NCBI GenBank assembly: GCA_964452565.1
Contig: CAYVLY010000003.1
Coordinates: 22,555-86,554, forward strand
Length of the DNA: 64,000 bases
Source: an uncultured Gammaproteobacteria bacterium
GTDB taxonomy: Bacteria > Patescibacteriota > Patescibacteriia > UBA9934
Reading direction: 5' to 3'
Below are positions 9,874 to 18,342 of the stretch, piece by piece. The number at the start of each line of letters is the position of its first letter. Position 1 is the stretch's first letter. Below the pieces are notes generated by a model. The model was not told where the DNA came from and made no database searches. It saw nothing but the letters and a program-made list of their open reading frames with translations. The translations under genes and the position numbers were made by a program.

Positions 9874-10278
9874 ATGTCAGACTGTATTTTTTGTAAAATC
9901 ATAAGCGGGGAAGCGCCATCATATAAGATTTATGAGGATGATAAGGTTGTAGTGTTTTTAAATATCTTTCCGGTATCAAAAGGCGCTACATTGATTGTAC
10001 CCAAGAATCACAATTCTTTTATGGCAGATGGACCTGAGGAGGATGCATTGGCTATGATGAAGGCTTTGTATAAAATCGCGCCCTTGATGATGGAGGGCCT
10101 TGGTGCTACTGGTTATAACCTTGGGATGAATCATGGAGAGAGCGCTGGTCCAGAGATACTGCACACACATATTCATGTGATGCCACGATATGATGGGGAG
10201 AAGCGGTCGTTTGAAAGATACGAGGCGTCAAAGGAGGAGCTTGAAGATGCTTTTAGACGTATGAAGTCAAAGATGTAA
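9874..10278 (+). CDS. HIT-family hydrolase (histidine triad)
   Basis: HTHIHVMPR histidine-triad motif and an N-terminal CxxC (DCIFCKI). Confidence 0.85.
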   Translation: MSDCIFCKIISGEAPSYKIYEDDKVVVFLNIFPVSKGATLIVPKNHNSFMADGPEEDALAMMKALYKIAPLMMEGLGATGYNLGMNHGESAGPEILHTHIHVMPRYDGEKRSFERYEASKEELEDAFRRMKSKM

Positions 10279-10279
10279 T

Positions 10280-10852
10280 ATGGCGCTTAAGAAGTGGAAA
10301 AAGCTGTCAGAAGAAAAACTCACTGAGAATCCTTGGTGGAGTTATATACTTGCGAAGTTTGAATTTAAAAAAGGTAAGATAGCAGAGTTTCACTTCATAA
10401 GATCATTAGACTCTGTTGGCATTGTTGCGGTTGATAAGGATGAGAAGATACCGATGGTCAAACAGTATAGATGTTTGTTTGATAAGTTCTCGTTGGAAAT
10501 ACCAATGGGTGGGGTTGAACAGGGTCAGACACCCGAGGAGGCTGCTCATATTGAGTTGGCCGAGGAAGCGCAACTAAAAGCAAGGCATGTAGAGCTTGTC
10601 GGAGAATATAATTGCAACAATGCTCGGATTCAACAAAGAGATTATGTTTTTGTAGCATATGGTCTATCTGACACAGTGGCTGAAGTCGATGAAACAGAGG
10701 AGTTTGAAAGGTATCGATATAGTGTTGATGAAGTCGAAGACCTAATTGATAGTGGAGAGATATCAGCTGGGATGACTATAACCTCATGGCGTTTAGCTAA
10801 ACCCAGAGTACTAGAGATTATTAAGCAGGGTCTGCACAAGGCTAAAGATTGA
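10280..10852 (+). CDS. NUDIX hydrolase
   Basis: Nudix box GGVEQGQTPEEAAHIELAEEAQL (G-x5-E-x7-REuxEExGu-like). Confidence 0.7.
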   Translation: MALKKWKKLSEEKLTENPWWSYILAKFEFKKGKIAEFHFIRSLDSVGIVAVDKDEKIPMVKQYRCLFDKFSLEIPMGGVEQGQTPEEAAHIELAEEAQLKARHVELVGEYNCNNARIQQRDYVFVAYGLSDTVAEVDETEEFERYRYSVDEVEDLIDSGEISAGMTITSWRLAKPRVLEIIKQGLHKAKD

Positions 10853-10890
10853 CCCAAGGAGGTAAAAATTGTAATCTAGGAGGTACATTA

Positions 10891-10917
10891 ATGAATACTA
10901 TTTTTGTACAAGTATGA
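10891..10917 (+). promoter_or_regulatory. 8-codon upstream ORF (MNTIFVQV*) whose stop overlaps the rfbB start (ATGA), preceded by a strong SD
   Basis: GGAGGT at 10879-10884 lies 6 nt before ATG 10891. The TGA at 10915-10917 overlaps ATG 10914. rfbB has no SD of its own. A second AAGGAGGT at 10846-10853 is followed by a TTG-TAA start-stop. Confidence 0.35.
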
Positions 10918-11924
10918 AAGTATTAGTAACAGGGGGATGTGGATTTATTGGATCGCACTTTATGCGTGTGGTCTTTGAGAAACGGCCAGATTGGGAGGTT
11001 ATAAACCTGGACGCTCTTACATATGCTGGAAACCTAGCAAATACCTTGGATCTACAAACACATCCACGCTATCGGTTTGTTTATGGATCAATCACTGACC
11101 GTAAGATAGTTGACACACTTGTTTCAGAAGTGGATGCTGTTATAAATTTTGCTGCAGAAACTCATGTAGATAGATCGCTCATGGATAATGAGCCTTTTAT
11201 TTTGACTAATATTTTGGGAGTGCAGCGGTTGATAGATGCATGTGTGAAACATGGAAAGCGTTTTCATCATGTGAGTACTGACGAGGTATTTGGTTCACTT
11301 GGACCAGAAGACCCAGGGTTCACAGAAGAGACCCCATATGATCCTCGCAATCCATATAGTGCTACAAAGGCAGCATCTGATCACTTGGTGCGAGCAGCAA
11401 TTCATTCACATGCACTGTGTGGAACAATCTCAAACTGCACAAATAACTACGGACCATTCTTGTATCCAGAAAAGTTTTTGGCAATTGCAATTACTAACCT
11501 TATGGAGAATCGTCCAGTTAGTATTCAAGGAGATGGACGGCAGATCCGTGATTGGATTACAGCACGTGATCATGGACTTGGTATCCTAGCAGTTCTTGAA
11601 AAGGGTCAGATTGGACATACATACATGATGGGAGGGGATGCTGAGTTGACGATTGCAGACACCGGGAAGGCTGTTGTTAAAGCAATGGGAGCGCATGATG
11701 AGATGCTTGTCTTTACTCAGGATCGACCAGGCCAGGATCGTCGGTATGCAATTGATTACACAAAAATCAGGAATGAGTTAGGTTGGCGACCAGAGGTGAC
11801 ATTCGAACAAGGACTGCAACAGATGATACAATGGTATCGCGAGAATGAATCTTGGTGGAAACCGATTAAACAAAGCTCTGGTTACCGCAAGTGGTACGAG
11901 GAGAATATAGGGCGTTTGAAATAA
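10914..11924 (+). CDS. rfbB: dTDP-glucose 4,6-dehydratase
   Basis: N-terminal GGCGFIGSH Rossmann motif and the YSATKAASDH catalytic YxxxK. Length 336 aa. Confidence 0.9.
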   Translation: MKVLVTGGCGFIGSHFMRVVFEKRPDWEVINLDALTYAGNLANTLDLQTHPRYRFVYGSITDRKIVDTLVSEVDAVINFAAETHVDRSLMDNEPFILTNILGVQRLIDACVKHGKRFHHVSTDEVFGSLGPEDPGFTEETPYDPRNPYSATKAASDHLVRAAIHSHALCGTISNCTNNYGPFLYPEKFLAIAITNLMENRPVSIQGDGRQIRDWITARDHGLGILAVLEKGQIGHTYMMGGDAELTIADTGKAVVKAMGAHDEMLVFTQDRPGQDRRYAIDYTKIRNELGWRPEVTFEQGLQQMIQWYRENESWWKPIKQSSGYRKWYEENIGRLK

Positions 11925-11996
11925 TTCAGAACCCAGACGCCAGATTTCAGAATCCAGAAGTAAGACCGGGTTCTGGGTACTGAGTTCTGTCTTCTG
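11925..11996 (+). repeat. CAGAAC/TTCTG-rich imperfect long hairpin (family E, copy 1) between rfbB and rfbC
   Basis: A left arm of CAGAA repeats faces a right arm of TTCTG repeats. The element sits immediately after the rfbB stop and just before the rfbC ATG. Confidence 0.4.
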
Positions 11997-12001
11997 TAAA
12001 T

Positions 12002-12544
12002 ATGAAAATCACAAAGACCCCAATTGAAGGATTGTTAATAATCGAGCCCGAGGTCTATGGGGATGATCGGGGTTTTTTCTTTGAGAGTTATAATCTCGAT
12101 AAGTTCAAAGATCTAGGAATCGACACTGTGTTTGTTCAAGATAATCACTCTAAGTCCGCGAAAGGAGTTTTGCGTGGGATTCATTTTCAACTTCCACCAA
12201 AGCCAATGACTAAGTTGGTTCGATGTATACGAGGTAAGCTTTGGGATGTGGCAGTTGATCTGCGTAAAGACTCACCGACTTACAAGCAGTGGTTTGGTAT
12301 CGAATTATCTGAGGAGAATAAAAAGATGCTTTATGTACCAGGTGACTTCGGTCATGGGTTCTACTCGCTTGAGGACTGCGAGCTTCAATACAAAGTATCA
12401 AACACTTTTGATTCGGAACTTGATGAAGGAATCGCGTGGAATGATTCTGAAATAAATATCAAATGGCCACTTGAAGGTGATCCGACTCTCTCGGAACGTG
12501 ATAAAAACGGAAAGACATTGGCTGAGTCTGATTTGCCTTTTTAA
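12002..12544 (+). CDS. rfbC: dTDP-4-dehydrorhamnose 3,5-epimerase
   Basis: RmlC cupin motifs (RGIHFQ and others). Length 180 aa. Confidence 0.9.
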   Translation: MKITKTPIEGLLIIEPEVYGDDRGFFFESYNLDKFKDLGIDTVFVQDNHSKSAKGVLRGIHFQLPPKPMTKLVRCIRGKLWDVAVDLRKDSPTYKQWFGIELSEENKKMLYVPGDFGHGFYSLEDCELQYKVSNTFDSELDEGIAWNDSEINIKWPLEGDPTLSERDKNGKTLAESDLPF

Positions 12545-12564
12545 ATAAGAATAACCCCCTCTAT

Positions 12565-12623
12565 CTCCCCCTTCGCAAGGGGGAGGTGTGATAGTTTCGA
12601 TTCCCCTCCTTACGAAGGAGGGG
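12565..12623 (+). repeat. Two tandem related hairpins, ctccccc-ttcgcaa-gggggag and cccctcc-ttacgaa-ggagggg
   Basis: Read directly from the sequence. They are intergenic between rfbC and rfbD. Confidence 0.4.
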
Positions 12624-12655
12624 TTAGAGGAGGTTGTTGCAGTCTATATTCATTT

Positions 12656-13519
12656 ATGAAAATACTAATTACAGGAGCGCAGGGTATGCTTGGCCAGGAT
12701 CTGGTCAAGGTTTTTGAATCCGCTGGACATAATGTGATCGCTGCGTCTCGAAAGGATCTTGACATCACGGATCGTGATGTAATTAATAGATATGTAAAAG
12801 ATCTAAAGCCCGAAGTTATTATCAATGCAGCCGCTTATAATGCAGTCGACGATATTGAAGAAGATGAGCACTTTGAAAAGGCAATGAAGATCAATGGAGA
12901 AGGTCCTGGGAATCTAGCGCAAGCTGCTGGATGGATTGGTGCGACTTTTGTTCATTTCAGTACTGACTATGTTTTTGATGGCAAGGGTGAGAAGTATTAC
13001 GAGGAGGATGATAAAACCAATCCAATTTCGCGTTATGGTGAATCAAAACTCAAAGGTGAGCAGTTAGCACAGGGTGCAGATGGCAAGGTATACATTTGTC
13101 GAGTATCAAAGATTTTTGGCAATCAGGGTAGTGGTGATAGTGCCAAGGAGAATGTTGTAGAGCTGATGCTTCGATTAAATAAAGAGCTTGATGACTTGAA
13201 AATCGTGGATGAAGAATACGGTTGCCCTACTTATTCTCCAGATATCGCCAAGGCAACTCTTAATTTGATCGAAGGTGATTATGAACCGGGCATCTACCAT
13301 ATGATCAACGAGGGTGAGCCTGTAACCGTCTACGGATTTGCAAAAGAGATTTTCGAAATGCGCGGCATTACAGAGAACTTTCGACCAGTACCTCGATCAG
13401 AGTTTCCGCGTGCAGCGGACTGTCCAGACTATGCGCCATTAAAGAATACTAAGCTGCCAAAGCTCAGAGATCGAAGCGAGGCATTGAAAGAGTTTTTGCA
13501 AAAATTAGGTGAGATATAA
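12656..13519 (+). CDS. rfbD: dTDP-4-dehydrorhamnose reductase
   Basis: RmlD-like N-terminus MKILITGAQGMLG and overall similarity. Length 287 aa. Confidence 0.9.
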   Translation: MKILITGAQGMLGQDLVKVFESAGHNVIAASRKDLDITDRDVINRYVKDLKPEVIINAAAYNAVDDIEEDEHFEKAMKINGEGPGNLAQAAGWIGATFVHFSTDYVFDGKGEKYYEEDDKTNPISRYGESKLKGEQLAQGADGKVYICRVSKIFGNQGSGDSAKENVVELMLRLNKELDDLKIVDEEYGCPTYSPDIAKATLNLIEGDYEPGIYHMINEGEPVTVYGFAKEIFEMRGITENFRPVPRSEFPRAADCPDYAPLKNTKLPKLRDRSEALKEFLQKLGEI

Positions 13520-13573
13520 TTTTTCATTAAAGACCCGATCGGGTTCCTAATGAAAATTTTTTTGAATTTGCCA

Positions 13574-13960
13574 TTGACAGCGGTTATTTTTTGTTACAAG
13601 ATGCCATTGCCGGATGGTCCGGTAGAAGTGCATCTGTTTTTGTAACGGAGGAACAGTGAGACGTTATTATATACAGGAATCGTTCAGTGGCCGTCGGTGG
13701 CTGGTGGATGTGCAAGATGGGGGCGGAAACAAAAAAGCGGGCGAGGCTGCCTGCCGCTTCTTCAGGACACTTCACACACTTCACGACAGCAGTGTAAGCA
13801 TCAAGCCAGCTACGGATGCCGATGAGGTCAAGATGGAGCTCGATCCGGTAACTGGGATACACGGGGTAGTGGCTGCGAAGCAGATTGCTGAGCGGGCCGC
13901 CTAGTCCGAAGCTCAACAACGCGTGACGCTCGGTCCTCTAGGATCGAGCGCTTATTTTTT
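13574..13960 (+). other. GC-rich cassette G2: TTGACA at 13574, GGAGGA-GTG start at 13656 (82-aa ORF to 13904), hairpin terminator 13924-13960. Coding versus structured RNA is unresolved.
   Basis: A roughly 350-nt GC-rich island in the AT-rich backbone. ORFs of similar length occur on both strands. A strong terminator (gacgctcggtcc-tcta-ggatcgagcgc plus T7) ends the unit. Confidence 0.35.
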
Positions 13961-13970
13961 TCCTTCATTT

Positions 13971-15296
13971 TTAAAACAACTCCGATGTTAGTTCTAGTCG
14001 GTATACTCCATACGCTCCATCTTGCTTTCCGTAAAAGTATGCTACATCGCCAGATTCATCGATCCATAGTTCTTGCATGTCCGCATCCTTGAGAAGTGTG
14101 GTTGTATATTGTTGATTTGCCTGAGCATAAGCTTCGAATGCTCGCAGGGCAGTGTCTTGTACAAAAATAATGTCAGCATCTGGATGCCAGCTTACTGATT
14201 CGATTATTGAACTTTGTCGTGTAACAAGCTCTGTAGTATGTGTTCTCGCATCGTATACAGATAGCTCGAAACCATTGGTGAATACAAGGCGGTCAAGATC
14301 TTCATCCCAGTCATATGCTGTCACATCCTCTTGGAGTAGGATTGGTTCATCTTCATGAATTTGGATCAAATAGAGCTGATTTGTGCTGTCAGTGAGTATT
14401 AAATATGTGCCGTCGCGCTCTTCAATCGTATATGTTGCCTTTGGCAATAGCGCTAGCGTTTCTTTTTCATCATCAACATACTGCGCGACCTCTGTTACAT
14501 GTGTACGTTGAATCAGTCGGAGAATACTTGCATCAAGCAATACAGATGTCTCATCGGTCTGTGTGAATTTTTCAAAACTTCCAGTTTCAACGTCCTGTTC
14601 ATAGAGCCCATTCTCAGTAGTCAGTGAAATCAAATGATCTGTACTTGGGTTCCATGCAGCCGTAATAATGTCATGTACTTTGATATCTATTTCAGTTCCT
14701 TGATTATCAAAAATCGATATTTCTGTATCAGTTTTATCAAAAACCGATAAATATGATCCTTGCGCAGACCAGGAAAGTTGGACCTCACCCTCAGTATCGA
14801 TTACCTGCTCAATAAGTGTGTGAGAATCCTGACCCGGATAGTATAGCCAAGTTTCTTGCCAACCACCTTCACGAATTAAATAAGCAATTGATTCGCCGTT
14901 TGGATTTACTGCTAGCGTCTCAGTGTCCTTATCAAACAACAGTTCAGCTTCAGAGTCTAAAAAGAGCATGATGTTTTGTAGCTGCACTGTTTGTCCACTT
15001 TCAATATCCACATCACCAAACCAAGAATGGTAACCGTCTTTACGAAGTTCGATTGAGTAATCACCAGGCATGACGCGTTTCAGAACTTCGGGTGTTTTGC
15101 CTTGTGCATATTCTCCATCAACATATATCTCAGCACTTCGAGGGCTTGTGGTTATTGAAAGCACTCCAGTTCGTGTGACTAGGCCAGTTGATGGGCTATA
15201 TCTATACCCAGCGGTAAATAAAACCAAAAGAGGCGCAATCACAAGGAAGGCCCCAACAAATGTCCAAAAGATGATTCGTCTAATCCACTTAGGCAT
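13971..15296 (-). CDS. Membrane-anchored PEGA-domain protein with a C-terminal beta-propeller-like domain
   Basis: N-terminal TM followed by a PEGA-like segment (SITTSPRSAEIYVDGEYAQGKTPEVLKRVMPGDYSIELRKDGYHSW). Length 441 aa. Confidence 0.65.
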   Translation of the reverse strand: MPKWIRRIIFWTFVGAFLVIAPLLVLFTAGYRYSPSTGLVTRTGVLSITTSPRSAEIYVDGEYAQGKTPEVLKRVMPGDYSIELRKDGYHSWFGDVDIESGQTVQLQNIMLFLDSEAELLFDKDTETLAVNPNGESIAYLIREGGWQETWLYYPGQDSHTLIEQVIDTEGEVQLSWSAQGSYLSVFDKTDTEISIFDNQGTEIDIKVHDIITAAWNPSTDHLISLTTENGLYEQDVETGSFEKFTQTDETSVLLDASILRLIQRTHVTEVAQYVDDEKETLALLPKATYTIEERDGTYLILTDSTNQLYLIQIHEDEPILLQEDVTAYDWDEDLDRLVFTNGFELSVYDARTHTTELVTRQSSIIESVSWHPDADIIFVQDTALRAFEAYAQANQQYTTTLLKDADMQELWIDESGDVAYFYGKQDGAYGVYRLELTSELF

Positions 15297-15356
15297 ATCG
15301 CATGGATTCTAGCAGAATTAGGGGGTTTTTTAAAGTTCAAAGCATATTATATATAG

Positions 15357-15385
15357 TTGACAGGCACTGTATTTTGTGTTAGCCT
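15357..15385 (+). promoter_or_regulatory. Sigma70-like promoter TTGACA-17-TAGCCT for the GC-rich gene G3
   Basis: TTGACA at 15357-15362, and the spacer ends ttttgtgt as in the other GC-cassette promoters. A GGAG RBS precedes ATG 15443. Confidence 0.35.
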
Positions 15386-15442
15386 ATTTCAGTTCTAGGG
15401 GATCGGCCTCTGGGAGACTAAGCGCAAGAAAGTGGAGATGAG

Positions 15443-15841
15443 ATGTCAGAAGATCCAATGGCCCAGAATGATACCCATAGTGAGTTCGAGATCAGCTGGA
15501 GAAAAGAAATCCTCGGAATGCTTAGGTGGGTCATGATGAACGTGCTCGCTACTCTAGCCGCGGCCACGCCTGGCCTCGCGCTGCTGGCAGCATTCTACTA
15601 TCTCTGGGAGTCGAGCAGTATCTTTGGCCAATGCATCGAGAGATGGGAAGAGCTCGGGCGTCCAGATTACCTGATCGTAGTCCTGTTCATCGTATGGATC
15701 GTGGGTGGGCTTGTCTCAGCGGCATGCACTGGCTTTTCGATCCATTGCTATGACAAAAAGGACCGGACGTTGTTTCTCGCGCTGGGCCTAATTGCCTCTC
15801 TGGCCAGCCTTGCCAGCGCTGTGGGCATCCTCTTCGTCTAG
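15443..15841 (+). CDS. GC-rich small integral membrane protein (cassette G3, about 4 TM helices)
   Basis: 132-aa ORF in a GC-rich segment, followed by a terminator. Confidence 0.55.
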   Translation: MSEDPMAQNDTHSEFEISWRKEILGMLRWVMMNVLATLAAATPGLALLAAFYYLWESSSIFGQCIERWEELGRPDYLIVVLFIVWIVGGLVSAACTGFSIHCYDKKDRTLFLALGLIASLASLASAVGILFV

Positions 15842-15876
15842 ACAATAGGACCCTCAGATACATGGTTCGCACCGTT

Positions 15877-15910
15877 CCCGCGTCCCCTTGTGGATGCGGG
15901 TTTTCGCTTT
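15877..15910 (+). terminator. Rho-independent terminator cccgcgtcc-ccttgt-ggatgcggg plus a T-run
   Basis: Stem-loop followed by ttttcgcttttt. It overlaps the ORF-track start (15888) of the next gene, which argues for the later start at 15948. Confidence 0.5.
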
Positions 15911-15947
15911 TTGGGGGATCTGGTCTATGTCTCTGAGCTGCGCTATA

Positions 15948-17201
15948 ATGAACCCCGTTATGAATATAAATTGGAAAAAGCTTCAAAAAGAAGTTTTGCG
16001 TATACGTACGCTTGTTTTTATTATTATTGCAATCGTGATATTTGCACTGGGCTGGCTTATGGGAGCCTCTCAGGATACAGGCTCGAATAAGAATATCGAA
16101 GAAGGCGAGGTCACGAACGAATTGCGATTTTACGAAGGAATTGAAGATGACATTAGTTTCCAGCAGTTTTGGCAGGTCTGGGATTTGGCAAAAGACTTAT
16201 ATCTGCGCGGACCAGTTTCTGAAAAGGATTTGTTCTATGGGGCTATATCTGGAATGGTTGAAGGTCTAGATGATGATTATTCTGTTTACTTTGATCCAGA
16301 GGATGCAGAAGCATTTAATGAAGAGCTTGATGGTGAGTATTCAGGAATAGGAGCAGAGATTGGAAAAGAAGATGATTATGTTGTAGTTGTCGCGCCACTT
16401 TCCGGATCTCCAGCAGAAGAAGCTGGGTTGCTTGCTGGTGACTTAATCGTTGCAGTTGATGATGAGGACATTATTGGCGTAACTGTTGACTATGCTGTGA
16501 GTATTATCCGTGGTGAGGCTGGTTCTGAGGTTATATTAACTGTTGTGCGAAATGGATTTGATAATACAATCGAGATCCCAATTACTCGTGGTGAAATTCA
16601 GATTAATAGCGTCGAATGGGAGCTTCGTGATGATGGAATCATGTACATTGAGCTCTATATGTTCAATGAAGATACAACAGCACTTTTCAGACAGGCAGCA
16701 CAGGAGGTTCTGACATCAGATGTGAATGGCATACTTCTTGATCTACGCAACAATCCAGGAGGTCTGTTAACTGAGGCTATAAATATTGCAGGATTCTGGA
16801 TTGCAGATGATATTGTTGTTCAGGAAAGAGTTGGAGGTGATACAGAAGGATATGCAGCAAATGGCTTGGCATGGCTTGATGATTACCCAACTGTTGTATT
16901 GATTGATGGTGGGTCTGCGTCAGGTTCTGAGATTTTGGCGGGCGCACTTCAAGATTACGGACTTGCGACACTTGTCGGTGAGCAGACTTACGGAAAGGGA
17001 TCTGTTCAGGAATACTATGAGTTTGATGACGGATCAGCTCTAAAGATTACAACTGCAGAATGGCTAACAGCACTTGGTCGATCTATTGATCAGGTAGGAA
17101 TAATTCCAGATGTGATAGTTGAATATACAATTGAAGATTATGAAGCAGGACTCACGCCACAATTCGACGCGGCGATCAGTGAGCTCCAGGCAGCCTGGTA
17201 G
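15948..17201 (+). CDS. ctpA: C-terminal processing peptidase, family S41 (tail-specific protease with PDZ domain)
   Basis: PDZ segment (GDLIVAVDDEDIIG) and S41 catalytic region (ILLDLRNNPGGLL). The N-terminal TM start is at MNPVMNINW. Confidence 0.8.
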   Translation: MNPVMNINWKKLQKEVLRIRTLVFIIIAIVIFALGWLMGASQDTGSNKNIEEGEVTNELRFYEGIEDDISFQQFWQVWDLAKDLYLRGPVSEKDLFYGAISGMVEGLDDDYSVYFDPEDAEAFNEELDGEYSGIGAEIGKEDDYVVVVAPLSGSPAEEAGLLAGDLIVAVDDEDIIGVTVDYAVSIIRGEAGSEVILTVVRNGFDNTIEIPITRGEIQINSVEWELRDDGIMYIELYMFNEDTTALFRQAAQEVLTSDVNGILLDLRNNPGGLLTEAINIAGFWIADDIVVQERVGGDTEGYAANGLAWLDDYPTVVLIDGGSASGSEILAGALQDYGLATLVGEQTYGKGSVQEYYEFDDGSALKITTAEWLTALGRSIDQVGIIPDVIVEYTIEDYEAGLTPQFDAAISELQAAW

Positions 17202-17697
17202 TAAAGAAAAGCATCGCACAGAGGTATCTTCTGGTGGAATTGTTTTTAAGCGAACACCAGAAGGTATTGTATTTGCAATGCAAAAGGATTCATATGGAAA
17301 GTGGACATTTGCAAAGGGTCATGTTCGAAAGGGTGAATCTTACCGCAAGACCGCGATGCGTGAGATTGAAGAGGAGTTAGGACTCAAGGATCTCAAGCAC
17401 ATTAAGCCCTTGGGGCATATTGATATCTGGTTTAGGGACCGGTTTGTTTTTAAGGGCAAGCTTGTGCGTAAGTTTATTCACTATTTTTTGTTTGAAGCCT
17501 CAGCAAATGCAAAGCTGGTGCCACTAAAGGCAAAAGACAAGGGTGAGGTTGTGCAGGCCGCAAGTTGGGTGCCGGCAAGTGAAGTTTGGGAAAGGTCGTC
17601 ATATGAAGATATGAGGCCAATTGTACGTCGTGCCTTGCAGTATTTCAACAAAACAAAAACTGTTAGACGTAGAAAGGGTTATCGTCGATCTTCTTAA
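17140..17697 (+). CDS. NUDIX hydrolase (start uncertain; overlaps the ctpA 3' end)
   Basis: Nudix box GHVRKGESYRKTAMREIEEELGL. No in-frame ATG, GTG or TTG lies between the ctpA stop and the Nudix fold, so the start must sit at 17140 or 17119 with a 60-80 nt overlap. Confidence 0.6.
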   Translation: MKQDSRHNSTRRSVSSRQPGSKEKHRTEVSSGGIVFKRTPEGIVFAMQKDSYGKWTFAKGHVRKGESYRKTAMREIEEELGLKDLKHIKPLGHIDIWFRDRFVFKGKLVRKFIHYFLFEASANAKLVPLKAKDKGEVVQAASWVPASEVWERSSYEDMRPIVRRALQYFNKTKTVRRRKGYRRSS

Positions 17698-17769
17698 TCC
17701 TACTGGTCGAATAGGTCTTACATATCCTATTTTGACCGACCTGGCCTAATCATATAAAATAAGGTATAT

Positions 17770-18204
17770 ATGAAAATCATTCTACTGGAGGACGTGAAGA
17801 GTATTGGCAAGAAGGGGGATATAAAAGAGGTAAACGACGGGTTTGCCCGCAATTTTTTGTTCCCACAACATAAGGCAGTTGAAGCGACAGAACATGCGAT
17901 AGCTCAGCAGACGCAGAAGAAAAAGGCAGCAACTGCTCGTGAGAAAAAGCAATCAAAGGCAGATAGGCAGGCTGTTTCAAAAGTTGATGGAGTAGAGGTT
18001 GTTATCAGGGCCAAGGCAGATAAGGGAAAGCTTTACGCAGCAGTTACAGCAAAAGAGGTTTCTGATGGTCTTAAGAGCCAAGGATTCAAGTTCAAAGAGT
18101 CTGAAGTTGAGTTCTCTACAACAAAGGATGTGGGAACTTACGACGCAATTGTCTCTAAAGGTGAGTTTGAGGCAGGGATCACTGTCGCTATTGAACCGAA
18201 ATAA
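17770..18204 (+). CDS. rplI: 50S ribosomal protein L9
   Basis: [32 protein letters not shown] is the canonical L9 N-terminus. Confidence 0.9.
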   Translation: MKIILLEDVKSIGKKGDIKEVNDGFARNFLFPQHKAVEATEHAIAQQTQKKKAATAREKKQSKADRQAVSKVDGVEVVIRAKADKGKLYAAVTAKEVSDGLKSQGFKFKESEVEFSTTKDVGTYDAIVSKGEFEAGITVAIEPK

Positions 18205-18208
18205 CCAG

Positions 18209-18236
18209 ATCGACCCCATGAGGGTCGATTTTGGTT
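18209..18236 (+). terminator. Rho-independent terminator atcgaccc-catga-gggtcgat plus tttggttt
   Basis: Hairpin and T-run immediately after the rplI stop. Confidence 0.6.
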
Positions 18237-18342
18237 TATGTTGAACCGTTCGGCCTCTGGCCTTACTTGTTGAACGTGTTGAAGTTGTTTATTTCGAGAG
18301 TAAACACTTTCAACATTTTCAACAAATTAAACAATACAAAAT

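Noticed and set aside
13574-13960. tmRNA or RNase P RNA in the GC-rich island after rfbD
   Set aside because: No 5' GGGG acceptor or 3' T-arm/CCA (tmRNA) could be found on either strand, and no GGAAAGTCCGG or ACAGAACCCGGCTTA (RNase P) either. The …ERAA* ending is only superficially tag-like. The region is kept as an unresolved cassette.
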